From positions 32,001-96,000 of the IMG/VR virus record IMGVR_UViG_3300029787_004704: a stretch of DNA of 64,000 nucleotides. One strand, written 5' to 3'. The notes below the pieces were generated by a model, which did no database searches, was not told where the DNA came from, and saw only the letters and a program-made list of their open reading frames with translations. This DNA comes from a virus. The stretch's first letter is position 1. Each line of letters opens with the position of its first letter. Shown here one piece after another: positions 1 through 9,307 of this stretch. The translations under genes were made by a program, and so were the position numbers.

Positions 1-1
1 C

Positions 2-964
2 CCTGTAATTTTTATATTCAACAAAGTCTACCATTTGCATAATTTCAATATTTAGATTTGCTAGTAGACCTTTGTCTTGTAATTCTTTTGCACTTACTTT
101 GTTAATCACATCACCTAGTGATACGTGCAAAGATTTAAATTCATAATCTTTTTTTGGTATAGTGCCAGTAAGTCCCCAACGTATAGGAACAAATCCAAAC
201 ACGTTGCTCAGCAGTCTTCTCAAAACATCGGCTTTGGCCATGTGTACTTCATCTACTATCACACACACTAAGTCACGTTTAAATTCTTCAATTAAATTGT
301 CTTCAGCATTTAATCTTTTCTTTTCTAGTATGTTAAGTGATTGCCACGTAGCAATAGTGTGTGTATGTCCAACTTGTTTTCGATCGCCAAAGTATACGCC
401 AACGTCAAGTCCCATGTTAATATAATCTTCTTCAGTTTGTGTAACCAAAGATTTGTTTGGCACAATAATGATGCTTCTACCATATGGCTCAATCAGTTTA
501 CTCAGAGCCGCAGTAATAATAGTTTTACCTGCCGCAGTTGCAACCTCCTGTAAACATTGTGGATTGTTTACAAAGTTGTTAATCACTTCAACTTGATGAT
601 CTCGTAATTCTATAGGTTCACCTGCGTTGTTGTGGCCAGTTGGCCACTTAACATGTTTGAATGTGTCAGTATTCACGGGGTCGAACTTGAGATCATAATG
701 TTGACGTTCATCTTGTAGATCAAATGTGTAATTCATTTGTTCTAGTATAGGCATTATGTCATTCAATAAATTTACATATGTTAGTCCGCCCTGTGTAAAA
801 AATGACACAGTGCCATCCCATCTGCCTAGTCTGACAGCCGGCATATACCTTGCTCCAGGTATCTCATATTTGAATGTGTTGGTAAGTTTACGTCTAGTGA
901 CTAGATCTAGTCCCTCTAGTTTAACATTTACTTCATCTTTTATGACTATATTACAGTGAGGCAT
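2..964 (-). CDS. uvsW: UvsW-like SF2 DNA helicase (partial, runs off window start)
   Basis: Manual translation from ATG at 964: MPHCNIVIKDEVNVK...RLGRWDG...ELRDHQ...ATAAGKT (Walker A)...IVDEVH (DExH)...GLTGT. Absent from the ORF track because it is truncated. Confidence 0.9.
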   Translation of the reverse strand, partial: MPHCNIVIKDEVNVKLEGLDLVTRRKLTNTFKYEIPGARYMPAVRLGRWDGTVSFFTQGGLTYVNLLNDIMPILEQMNYTFDLQDERQHYDLKFDPVNTDTFKHVKWPTGHNNAGEPIELRDHQVEVINNFVNNPQCLQEVATAAGKTIITAALSKLIEPYGRSIIIVPNKSLVTQTEEDYINMGLDVGVYFGDRKQVGHTHTIATWQSLNILEKKRLNAEDNLIEEFKRDLVCVIVDEVHMAKADVLRRLLSNVFGFVPIRWGLTGTIPKKDYEFKSLHVSLGDVINKVSAKELQDKGLLANLNIEIMQMVDFVEYKNYR

Positions 965-970
965 CCGTTT

Positions 971-999
971 ATTATAATTGGAAACCTGTGTTCAGTCAA
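971..999 (-). promoter_or_regulatory. sigma70-type promoter, probably giving a leaderless uvsW mRNA
   Basis: TTGACT-N17-TATAAT-N6-ATG on the minus strand. Confidence 0.75.
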
Positions 1000-1139
1000 C
1001 GATAGTTGCTTAAATGTTTTCGTACCAGTGACTCGCGAACATTGGTCCAAAACCGTGTTTGCCATTCGGTCTTTGCGGTCAGGACCATCTGTTCTGCGTT
1101 TGATATCCGTAGGTCGGATAATTTAAACTGCGATAGCAA
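996..1139 (-). CDS. small hypothetical protein (47 aa, TTG start)
   Basis: Manual translation MLSQFKLSDLRISNAEQMVLTAKTEWQTRFWTNVRESLVRKHLSNYR; fills the gap and overlaps the upstream stop. Confidence 0.5.
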   Translation of the reverse strand: MLSQFKLSDLRISNAEQMVLTAKTEWQTRFWTNVRESLVRKHLSNYR

Positions 1140-1458
1140 TTTCTTCATTCACTTGCTCTTGAGCAACTACTTCTGCTTGTGCTTGTACATCAGCAGTGAT
1201 TTGGTTAGTAGTCTTTGTTGCAATACCTGTGAATCTTGTCACAGTGCCGTCTACTAATACTTTGAATGAACCAGCAGTTTTCCAAGTTACTGAAGCATCT
1301 TCGTCTGTATGCATTTTCTTTACTACACCGTTGATTGTGCCTTCAGCAGTTGTTTTTCCTGTAATGAATTTAAATGAACCTGAACGACCGTTATAAGTTG
1401 TTCCTTCGGTACATATAGTTTCTTGTATTTTATCTAATACTAATTGTGCGTTTGTCAT
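1123..1458 (-). CDS. hypothetical (early-type) protein
   Basis: 111 aa ORF with SD-like AAGGT and its own sigma70 promoter. Confidence 0.75.
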   Translation of the reverse strand: MTNAQLVLDKIQETICTEGTTYNGRSGSFKFITGKTTAEGTINGVVKKMHTDEDASVTWKTAGSFKVLVDGTVTRFTGIATKTTNQITADVQAQAEVVAQEQVNEEIAIAV

Positions 1459-1494
1459 TTGTTGTTACCTTTATAGTTGGTTATTAATAATACT

Positions 1495-1523
1495 ATTATA
1501 TGGTATTTTTCCAAATGCGTCAA
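1495..1523 (-). promoter_or_regulatory. sigma70-type early promoter
   Basis: TTGACG-N17-TATAAT. Confidence 0.75.
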
Positions 1524-1542
1524 CCAGTTGTAAGTGCTTGAT

Positions 1543-2088
1543 TTAATTAAGAAAATCCATACCCACATACAAAGATAATCTGTTGTGAGCAGATGAATTA
1601 GGTTTTACTCCGTGCAATTGAGACTTATTATTTTGCATCAAATACCCTGTGTTAAAGTTGTAGTCAAAATTATATCTTTCAGATCCGTCCATTTGATAAA
1701 ATGTTGTACCGGATTGTCCTTGGTTTTGGCCAAGATATATTTGAAGAGCAACATCTGGTCTAGGATTCTCATCACCATCGATGTGTTCTTTCATATGGAA
1801 GCCAGGCTGGTCATACCATATACGTGGAACATGTAATAATGTGTCACGTTCGAAAAACTTAGTGAAGTATGTTTCGATATATGCTCCATTTAGATATTCA
1901 GCCATTCTATAGAACGAATGCGAAGAAGGACAAGTATTTGCATCTATTACTCCACGTGGAAAATTTTCTTGTTGTCCTTGCACTTGCCAATCAATGTTAT
2001 CAATTGATAGATCAAGTAATAATTCTTGTGTGAACATTTCTTCGACTAAGAATAAATCTCCAGCAGAATCAACGGCTGTAATTTTCAT
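1543..2088 (-). CDS. 2OG-Fe(II) oxygenase
   Basis: HxD (EHIDGD), distal His (LHGV) and RxS (NRLS); start moved to MKITAVDS. Confidence 0.75.
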   Translation of the reverse strand: MKITAVDSAGDLFLVEEMFTQELLLDLSIDNIDWQVQGQQENFPRGVIDANTCPSSHSFYRMAEYLNGAYIETYFTKFFERDTLLHVPRIWYDQPGFHMKEHIDGDENPRPDVALQIYLGQNQGQSGTTFYQMDGSERYNFDYNFNTGYLMQNNKSQLHGVKPNSSAHNRLSLYVGMDFLN

Positions 2089-2089
2089 T

Positions 2090-2452
2090 TTATTTTTTTG
2101 ATTTGGTGGGTTTTCCAATATTTGTTTTAAGGAAGTCTAAAAACCACGGATTGTCTTTGAACACTCCGATTAACCAATTGGAAATAGAGTTGGTTGTTTG
2201 TTCTTCTGCCTCGTCATCCTTAAGGGGTCCACCTGGTTGATTTAAAGATGAATGATACACAATGGCATGCATAACTTCGTGTAACAAAGTATTAGCAAGA
2301 TCATCACCTGCAATTTCTTCTTGCAGTTCTATCTTGTTTTCTCTATTCAAATATTGACCGTAACAATCTGTGTTGTCTTTTTTGAATGAGGCTTTAACAT
2401 ATTCTATATTGATGTCTTTCCAGCCTACTTTTATGTTTGTTGGTTTGCTCAT
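2090..2452 (-). CDS. HExxH zincin-like phage protein
   Basis: TLLHEVMHAI ... EEQ motif. Confidence 0.7.
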   Translation of the reverse strand: MSKPTNIKVGWKDINIEYVKASFKKDNTDCYGQYLNRENKIELQEEIAGDDLANTLLHEVMHAIVYHSSLNQPGGPLKDDEAEEQTTNSISNWLIGVFKDNPWFLDFLKTNIGKPTKSKK

Positions 2453-2472
2453 ATTATATGTGTATTTAATTA

Positions 2473-2501
2473 ATTGTAACTTATTGCCCTCACATTGTCA
2501 A
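2473..2501 (-). promoter_or_regulatory. sigma70-type promoter
   Basis: TTGACA-N17-TACAAT. Confidence 0.65.
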
Positions 2502-2505
2502 GACA

Positions 2506-3486
2506 CTAATCTTCACGGTGTAATGGTAGTGTAATACAGGTCAACCCAGATCCAAAGAAATGACTATGCTCAAAATTTACAAATTCTATATCAAAATTGT
2601 GCTGTTCTAAATTTTTAATGAAGTTTTTTTGTAGTTTTTTTGATGTGTCTGTCATTAAAATTGTAGACTGATCTATGCTTAAACTATTCACTGCTAATAC
2701 AGAATTTTCTTGATCGTCGTCTTGCAATCTACTGTCTATAAATTCTGTTGGTTGTGTAACATGATCAACCTGAACGAATGTCCAATTGGTAAAATAATCA
2801 GGAAAATCTTCTTTGGCATGAAACGTTGCAATTACTCCAGGCCGTAATATATTGAAATGACAGTCAAGGTGGCCTGCAAATTTTGTAGGATTCATTTCGA
2901 TAAATTTTTTATCTGGTAAAATATTTTTCATCCATTCATAACCTAAGTCGTTACTGGCTCCTACCATACTTACAAAAACATGATCATCATGAATGTACAA
3001 ACAAGGACCATCGATGATAGGATCTAAATTTGGTATATCTTGATCCATAAGATCTATTTCATTCACATCATGCAAAGGCATAGGCATAGTCAGCCAACTG
3101 TTGCCTTCTGCTAGTGCAGAACGCATAACATCTCTCCAGTACATGCCAGTAAAAGAAGCTTCCTTGGTCCAACTTGCTGTTTCTATAATTGTGTTGTTTA
3201 CAACAAAAAAATTGTCTGCAGGATTTAGAGGAATTCGATGTCCTATGGTATCAAAATATGGTGTCACAAGTTTTTTATCACAGTTTAAACTTTTTGGACG
3301 AAATATTTTTACACCTAAAGTTTCTAATTTATTTTGAATTTTATTAAGATCAACTTCTGCACGTTCAAGCATTACTTGTAGTTTTGTTTTTTTATATTCG
3401 TCCATTTGAGATAAGACACTGAAATCAACATTGCCTAACATACAACTTTTAAGTTTTTCGTAATGATTATGTATTTTAATTTTCAT
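2506..3486 (-). CDS. amidinotransferase (glycine/inosamine-phosphate amidinotransferase family)
   Basis: HNHYEKLKSCMLG N-terminus, GHLDCHFNILRPG, C-terminal GSGLTCITLPLHRE with catalytic Cys. Confidence 0.8.
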   Translation of the reverse strand: MKIKIHNHYEKLKSCMLGNVDFSVLSQMDEYKKTKLQVMLERAEVDLNKIQNKLETLGVKIFRPKSLNCDKKLVTPYFDTIGHRIPLNPADNFFVVNNTIIETASWTKEASFTGMYWRDVMRSALAEGNSWLTMPMPLHDVNEIDLMDQDIPNLDPIIDGPCLYIHDDHVFVSMVGASNDLGYEWMKNILPDKKFIEMNPTKFAGHLDCHFNILRPGVIATFHAKEDFPDYFTNWTFVQVDHVTQPTEFIDSRLQDDDQENSVLAVNSLSIDQSTILMTDTSKKLQKNFIKNLEQHNFDIEFVNFEHSHFFGSGLTCITLPLHRED

Positions 3487-4030
3487 TTTTAGACCATTGA
3501 TATTTTATTTTGTCTTTGTCTTCAAATATGAAGGGAGTCTTAAGCCAAGCAATTCTTTCTTGTTCTGCTTCTTGACACAAATATTGTTTAGATTTGTCAG
3601 CACCACTAAAATATTCATATATGATCTGACCAAACCAGCCAAAGTGTGCATTGTTGTTCACGTGTATAACTTCTTGGTATTTTGTTTGTTCTGTTTGTGA
3701 TAAAGTTTGCCACCAATCTTGATTTATTTTTGGATCATAATAATTGTGCAATATATCTAGTTTGTATCCTTGTACTTCTATGCTGTTTATTTTTAGATAT
3801 CTGTGTTCACTTTCTTTGCCTCCATTATAATCTATACAAATAACATTCTTGCCACCATCAGGTACAGCATGTTCAAAACGCACCACTTCATTTGTTTTGT
3901 CTCCCGGTGAATATTCTTTTTGATGTACTGTGGTGTTGTTGAATTTTATAGTAATGGATGTGGGAGAAACATCATGGAAAATATCAAAATCAATTTTGTG
4001 ATTGTATATTAATTGGAAATTGCTGTGCAT
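3476..4030 (-). CDS. hypothetical protein
   Basis: 184 aa ORF coupled to its neighbours. Confidence 0.7.
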   Translation of the reverse strand: MHSNFQLIYNHKIDFDIFHDVSPTSITIKFNNTTVHQKEYSPGDKTNEVVRFEHAVPDGGKNVICIDYNGGKESEHRYLKINSIEVQGYKLDILHNYYDPKINQDWWQTLSQTEQTKYQEVIHVNNNAHFGWFGQIIYEYFSGADKSKQYLCQEAEQERIAWLKTPFIFEDKDKIKYQWSKNEN

Positions 4031-4689
4031 TTGTTGTTAAGTTGTTCATAAGTCATCGTAGAAACATTGTCTAAATTTAAGATGTCACTAGGAATATTAC
4101 CTTCTACAAAAGTCCATTGTGTGTTTGGATTATCTTTGATAAATTTTGTAATTTGTCTACCCCATACTGTTTGGTGCACTATTGTTTCCGCACTGTCATA
4201 AGCATTGGTTCCAGTATACACATTTAAATTTGGACCATCTTCTGCACAATCAAAACCTAAACAGATCAAATTTGTATGTCCATCATGTATTGCAATATGC
4301 ATGGCGGTGGTGCCTGCTCCCATATGTGGATTCTCAGGTATCAAATGGCTACTACCTCCCAGTCTAGTCATATTGAAATGGTTGGTGTATACAATATTTT
4401 TTTCTAAGTATTCTGAATCTTTTATTTCTGTATACATTCTTCGGTCGACAACAATTAAAAAATCAGGTTCATAATCTCTGTGCAAAGCATTACAACCATA
4501 AGAGTCTTGCGGTAATTTGTATAGGTCAAATCCAATTCTTGATGGGCCGTTGCCTATGATGTAAGCATCTTTACCTGCAGGATCGTTGTTTACAGTTCGT
4601 GGCATGTATACACGCTCTTCAGTTTTCTTCCCACCCTTGATTATGATTTTGGCGATTATCTCTTCACCTTTGTATTCACTAAGTGCCAT
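4009..4689 (-). CDS. DUF115/Maf- or Cst-like putative glycosyltransferase
   Basis: AYIIGNGPSR, YGCNAL..DYEPDFL..VD, CLGFD motifs. Confidence 0.65.
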   Translation of the reverse strand: MALSEYKGEEIIAKIIIKGGKKTEERVYMPRTVNNDPAGKDAYIIGNGPSRIGFDLYKLPQDSYGCNALHRDYEPDFLIVVDRRMYTEIKDSEYLEKNIVYTNHFNMTRLGGSSHLIPENPHMGAGTTAMHIAIHDGHTNLICLGFDCAEDGPNLNVYTGTNAYDSAETIVHQTVWGRQITKFIKDNPNTQWTFVEGNIPSDILNLDNVSTMTYEQLNNKCTAISN

Positions 4690-5183
4690 TATAAATTTTT
4701 TAAAATATTTTCCGCTGTTGATTGGTCTATGTCTTTTTCGTCCACAAACATTGTTGTTACTTGGCCATCTTCAATTATTGCCGCAAAACGTTTACAACGA
4801 TTTCCCAGTACACCCATGTCTGTTGCTAATCCCATTTGTTCAGCAACTTCGCCAAATGGATCAGCGGCCATTGTTATCTCTGAGCCTTCATGATTCATAT
4901 AATCATCAAATGCAATCATCACATATGGATCATTCATACTCATACAGATAACTTCCTGTATTCCTTTTTTGTACAATGCTCTTTCATGCTTGATAAAACC
5001 AGGCATATGTTTTTCTGTACAACCTGGTGTAAATGCTCCGGGAATTCCAACCAGCACAACTTTGCGATCACCTATGTATTGATCTAGGTTGTGACCTTCA
5101 AATGGAGGGCCTTCTTCGTCGTGTGTTGGTATGAATACTTCTCCTGTTGGCATACCATAACTGTGAAATTCAAATAATGACAT
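4689..5183 (-). CDS. peroxiredoxin (Prx5/redoxin type)
   Basis: PGAFTPGCTEKHMPGF active site, NDPYVM, RCKRFA. Confidence 0.9.
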   Translation of the reverse strand: MSLFEFHSYGMPTGEVFIPTHDEEGPPFEGHNLDQYIGDRKVVLVGIPGAFTPGCTEKHMPGFIKHERALYKKGIQEVICMSMNDPYVMIAFDDYMNHEGSEITMAADPFGEVAEQMGLATDMGVLGNRCKRFAAIIEDGQVTTMFVDEKDIDQSTAENILKNL

Positions 5184-5191
5184 ATACTAAT

Positions 5192-5647
5192 TTATCCTTT
5201 CTGTCTTAACCTGATGTATCTTTTCTTGGTAACAGATTCCCACTTACCAGCTCTGGTTAATTGTTCTTTGATTATTTTTGGCACTACTTTGCCTACATCT
5301 TTGATGTGTGCATTGCCTTTGAAATTGTCCCTTACATATTTCATCAATGTATTTTTTGTGTATGTGCTATTGTTTGTTATGACTTCGTCCATTATCTTTT
5401 TTACTTGCGACAAAGTTTCATACTTGTCTCCTTTACCGTCATTCTTTCTTGCTCTAGCAAATCCTATCCAAGATGGTCTGCCTTCTTGTTCTGCTTTTAG
5501 TTGACTGATTAACAAACGTTTCACAAATAATTTTCCATCTTTGACTGCTTGTTCGTGCGTAGGAATGTCTCTATAATTGTTCCATTCTTCTGTTGTAAAT
5601 TCTGTGTCAGGTTCATCAACCCTTATATAGATATCATCTTCACTCAT
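5192..5647 (-). CDS. hypothetical protein
   Basis: 151 aa basic ORF in operon. Confidence 0.7.
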   Translation of the reverse strand: MSEDDIYIRVDEPDTEFTTEEWNNYRDIPTHEQAVKDGKLFVKRLLISQLKAEQEGRPSWIGFARARKNDGKGDKYETLSQVKKIMDEVITNNSTYTKNTLMKYVRDNFKGNAHIKDVGKVVPKIIKEQLTRAGKWESVTKKRYIRLRQKG

Positions 5648-6339
5648 TGCCAGTGCTCCATTATTGTTGGATCATGTTTTATATCCCCAGGATCTGGTTT
5701 GCCGTGAAACACAGCTACACAACAGTCTTTAGGAATTGGTGCATTCCGTATTTTGTCGTTTGAACGCCTTTGATCTTCTTTCATTAATCCGATTTCCCAT
5801 TTGTAACTCATAATCCAATCATGTGGCCACATACAAGAGTGCGGACGTTCTGCTGTAACATAGTTTTGATCTCCTTGGAATGAACTTTGTATTTTTGATG
5901 GATTATCTTTGAACTTGGCCCACATGTCATCTTCATTGCCTGCAAAAAATTTCATCACAGATGAATTACGCACTTGGTAATCTTTGATTCTGCATCTGTT
6001 GAAGTCTTGTATGATTACAAATGCATCACCTTCAAACTCCCACAAGTGATCAATATTCTTTAGTATAACAACATCTAAGTCCATGAAAATTACTGTTCCT
6101 TCTAACCCAATGTCATTTCTGAACATATGCACTTTGTTCCACCAGGACTTGTATAACGGTGCAACAACAATTTGTTTGATCTCGGGATTGAACCCTGATT
6201 TGTTTGAATCTGTAATCACATGGAATCGCACATCAGTTGAATTTCTTTGAACCATATTGTACAGTGTGTTTACATAACTTGGTGGATACTTGTCACCTGT
6301 GCATACACAAACAAAACTTTTTATCATATGTGCGACCAT
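5644..6339 (-). CDS. GT-A fold glycosyltransferase (GT8-like)
   Basis: WWNKV, FMDLDVVI (DxD), GDQ, VFHGKPDP. Confidence 0.75.
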   Translation of the reverse strand: MVAHMIKSFVCVCTGDKYPPSYVNTLYNMVQRNSTDVRFHVITDSNKSGFNPEIKQIVVAPLYKSWWNKVHMFRNDIGLEGTVIFMDLDVVILKNIDHLWEFEGDAFVIIQDFNRCRIKDYQVRNSSVMKFFAGNEDDMWAKFKDNPSKIQSSFQGDQNYVTAERPHSCMWPHDWIMSYKWEIGLMKEDQRRSNDKIRNAPIPKDCCVAVFHGKPDPGDIKHDPTIMEHWQ

Positions 6340-7217
6340 TGGTTAGTTAAGCCATCATCTAATCTTTGTCGTAGTCTACGCCATGGCACTCCTAGTCTTA
6401 TCTCATCAACGAACCATTCGCAATAACTTAATTTGTTTAACCAGTGTTGTCTGTCGTAATGACGCAATACACTGAGATCAGCATCAAGCGGATTTCCTAC
6501 TTTATAACACAATGAACTTTCATGCACTAGCACAGGCACTCCGGACATAATCGCTTCAATAGCCGGGTTTGAATTATAATTTATCACGCAATATGCAGTA
6601 TCTAATCGTTTGTCAAAATCTACAATATCACCGGACACAAAATTTGGGATGTCTTCTTTTACGTTTGGGTACTTGGTTAATAAAAGTTTTATATCTGATC
6701 TGTGTCTAGGATGTTGTCTTACAATTATTGGTCTGTGACTCTGTGACCTAACGTGTTCAATAGTGTCTTGCAACCATACATCCACAGGACCGCCAGTCCA
6801 TGCTTCTGATTTTGTATTTTGTAAGCAAATGACAATAGGTCCTCCGCCACCCATTTCACGCCATGGCTTTAATGTCAATCCTAGTTTTCTTACTCTGGAG
6901 TCATCTACATGATCAACATCTTGATTAGCAAAATCTGCCTCAGCATTAATTCCGCCGATTCCAATTCTCCATGTTTTATTTCTAATCAATCCACCAACTT
7001 CGATTACAATTATTTGTGCTTTGTTTTTGTAATAATCATAAATTGGTTTACGTCCATACATATTCAACAGCACTGACCATATGACCACAACATCGACTTC
7101 AGGTCTTTTGTCATTTGTGCATACAACATAATCTTCACCTTGAAGTGATTGTATAAATGCATCCATGACAGGTTTACCTGCTTTTGCGGCTGTGTCTTTG
7201 AATACTGCTATTTTCAT
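6324..7217 (-). CDS. GT-B / capsule-modification (KpsS/LipB-like) glycosyltransferase
   Basis: VRQHPRH, NSNPAIEAIMSGVPV, C-terminal R..WL..LSY.EW..EI..G. Confidence 0.6.
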   Translation of the reverse strand: MKIAVFKDTAAKAGKPVMDAFIQSLQGEDYVVCTNDKRPEVDVVVIWSVLLNMYGRKPIYDYYKNKAQIIVIEVGGLIRNKTWRIGIGGINAEADFANQDVDHVDDSRVRKLGLTLKPWREMGGGGPIVICLQNTKSEAWTGGPVDVWLQDTIEHVRSQSHRPIIVRQHPRHRSDIKLLLTKYPNVKEDIPNFVSGDIVDFDKRLDTAYCVINYNSNPAIEAIMSGVPVLVHESSLCYKVGNPLDADLSVLRHYDRQHWLNKLSYCEWFVDEIRLGVPWRRLRQRLDDGLTNQWSHI

Positions 7218-8005
7218 TTCCAGTGATCATGCTCCCATTTTACTTTTAATGACTCTTTACTATTTTTAGCATCTTTTCTGTCACCTTTCAAGTGATCCAT
7301 ATATTCTCCTAATTCTGAATTGACGAAGGGATGCTTAGATCCGCGATATCCTAAAAATCTTCCATCATTAAGATCGTTGTCCAAATACCTTGGTGTTGTG
7401 TCTACCCTGGCCGCATCGTATGTGAAAGAATCTGTAAAGCCTTTAAGATCCATCCAAAGATCTTTGTCATAATATTCTTGCCATCTGTCAAAGAATTTTT
7501 GTGCATGTGGCAGTTCAAGATTGAATGTAATAAATCCTGTTTCGGAGAATCCTTTTTTTGGTCTGCCCAAAAAGGTTGAAAATTTATTGCCAGGTGCTAT
7601 ATGTTCTAACCATGTCATAGGAATGTCCTTGTATGTTACTGTATCAGCATCGACAAATATTAATCTGTCTGTGTTACATTTACTTGCCGCGTCTATCATA
7701 CAAAACACTTTCCATGAAAATCTTACAGCATCATATTCAAATGCTGAACGTAAAGGTTTATCCATACGTGCTTTTATATATTCACTGTTTTTATTGCGGT
7801 CAATAAACTCCTGCAATTTTGGTTGTGTTTCTTTAAGTGTGTAATATTCAGTGTTTGGTGCTTCAATAGATTGCACTAGATCATCAGGATAGTATATTTT
7901 TTTTACTTCTTTCGGCCAATATTTCTCAATTGACTCAATACATCTACGTGCATACACGTTCCAATGTTTTGATCCCCATGTTGTTGTTACTGTAAAACTA
8001 GTCAT
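7214..8005 (-). CDS. GT-A fold glycosyltransferase
   Basis: DAVRFSWKV, FVDADT (DxD), SETGF, DHLKG. Confidence 0.7.
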   Translation of the reverse strand: MTSFTVTTTWGSKHWNVYARRCIESIEKYWPKEVKKIYYPDDLVQSIEAPNTEYYTLKETQPKLQEFIDRNKNSEYIKARMDKPLRSAFEYDAVRFSWKVFCMIDAASKCNTDRLIFVDADTVTYKDIPMTWLEHIAPGNKFSTFLGRPKKGFSETGFITFNLELPHAQKFFDRWQEYYDKDLWMDLKGFTDSFTYDAARVDTTPRYLDNDLNDGRFLGYRGSKHPFVNSELGEYMDHLKGDRKDAKNSKESLKVKWEHDHWK

Positions 8006-8627
8006 TCTTTGTTATAAAATCATGCAAATTTTTTGCAATTAATTCATGTCCTTTTTGATTTGGATGATATTTGTTAGGTTTAATATATTCATTATCTTGA
8101 AATTTTGTAAGTTCTAAAGTTTTGTCATTTGTTTTTGCACCAAACATTTCGGTTGCACTTTGCGGCAAAAATTTCGTTGTGTCGATACCATGATATTTCC
8201 AATCAATATTTGTCCAGCCTTCCATGTAGTAATCTCTATATCCTTTTTGTTGACACATTCTCTGTAGTGCTAGGATTGATATGTTTGCTTTGTGATAATC
8301 CAATTGATCTGATTGCACTTCACCAAAGTAAAATTTTGTTAATGCACTTTTATCTCCTGTTGGTCTTAAAATTTTTGCTTTGTTGTTTTCGAAATACAAA
8401 TACCTTGCAGGATTAGTGATAAAAAATACACATATACAGTCCTCTATTTTTTTCTTCATGAAATCATGTAATTGGATAACCAAAGAATCTATTGTGCTTC
8501 CTTGTTCAGCACAATTAAAAAAATTGTTAGTGTTCAATCTTTCATGTAATAGATCACCAAACGCAAGTTCATGTGATGCAAGTTCAGTACCCACTGGCCA
8601 ACTATCACCAAATACTGCTAGATTCAT
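7998..8627 (-). CDS. SGNH/GDSL hydrolase-like protein (acyl transfer or hydrolysis)
   Basis: FGDSW block I, HPNQKGH block V. Confidence 0.7.
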   Translation of the reverse strand: MNLAVFGDSWPVGTELASHELAFGDLLHERLNTNNFFNCAEQGSTIDSLVIQLHDFMKKKIEDCICVFFITNPARYLYFENNKAKILRPTGDKSALTKFYFGEVQSDQLDYHKANISILALQRMCQQKGYRDYYMEGWTNIDWKYHGIDTTKFLPQSATEMFGAKTNDKTLELTKFQDNEYIKPNKYHPNQKGHELIAKNLHDFITKND

Positions 8628-9307
8628 TGCATTGCCTTTCTTAATCTTTTAACATCATCTGGAAAGAAACATTCTTTAGTTTTGTTATATAACCATTCGT
8701 CTCTTAATTGCACTGATGATGTTCTTATTCTTTTTGCTGTTGAGTCTTGTGTAATTTTTTTTACTTTAATCATAACATCTTCTAAAAATATATATCTGTT
8801 GACTGCCACAGCAAGATCTTTTGTGTAAGAATCAAGACACCAATGGTGGAATTGTGGCGGCCAAAAATAGCCTAGTGCATCACGCCACTGTCTTGCAATA
8901 GTAGGATGTGGACAAGTTTGATATTCAAGTCCATGCTTTTTGCCAGTTGCTGTGCCAATTGCAAATATTCCATCTGGGTGTCGAGACAGTTGATCTAAAA
9001 ATATTTGATCCCAAGAAGTTGTCACAAACTGTGCATCGTCACCTACCATTTTGTACATCTTACTGTGTTCGCTTTCTGCCAACACATTCCAACTCATTAC
9101 TGTGCTTCTGTCAGGGCCTATGTCAACATGACGCAGATTATGTTTTTTATATTCACCTAATGTAGAATCGTCATCATTGAGATAAAATTTTACTTTAATT
9201 TTGTCAGGCCACTTGGCTGTGTCATATGCAGACTGTTCCATGCGTTTTGCAAGATCGGGACGTCCTCTGCTGGGGCAACATATGGTTATATTAGTTTCTT
9301 TGTCCAT
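8624..9307 (-). CDS. GT2-like glycosyltransferase
   Basis: ICCPSRGRPD, YLNDDD, MVGDDA, HWCLD. Confidence 0.7.
   Translation of the reverse strand: MDKETNITICCPSRGRPDLAKRMEQSAYDTAKWPDKIKVKFYLNDDDSTLGEYKKHNLRHVDIGPDRSTVMSWNVLAESEHSKMYKMVGDDAQFVTTSWDQIFLDQLSRHPDGIFAIGTATGKKHGLEYQTCPHPTIARQWRDALGYFWPPQFHHWCLDSYTKDLAVAVNRYIFLEDVMIKVKKITQDSTAKRIRTSSVQLRDEWLYNKTKECFFPDDVKRLRKAMQ

Noticed and set aside
1118-1128. TTTAAAT slippery-like site at the end of the 111 aa ORF
   Set aside because: Not in the X XXY YYZ phase of the upstream frame, and the downstream ORF has its own TTG.
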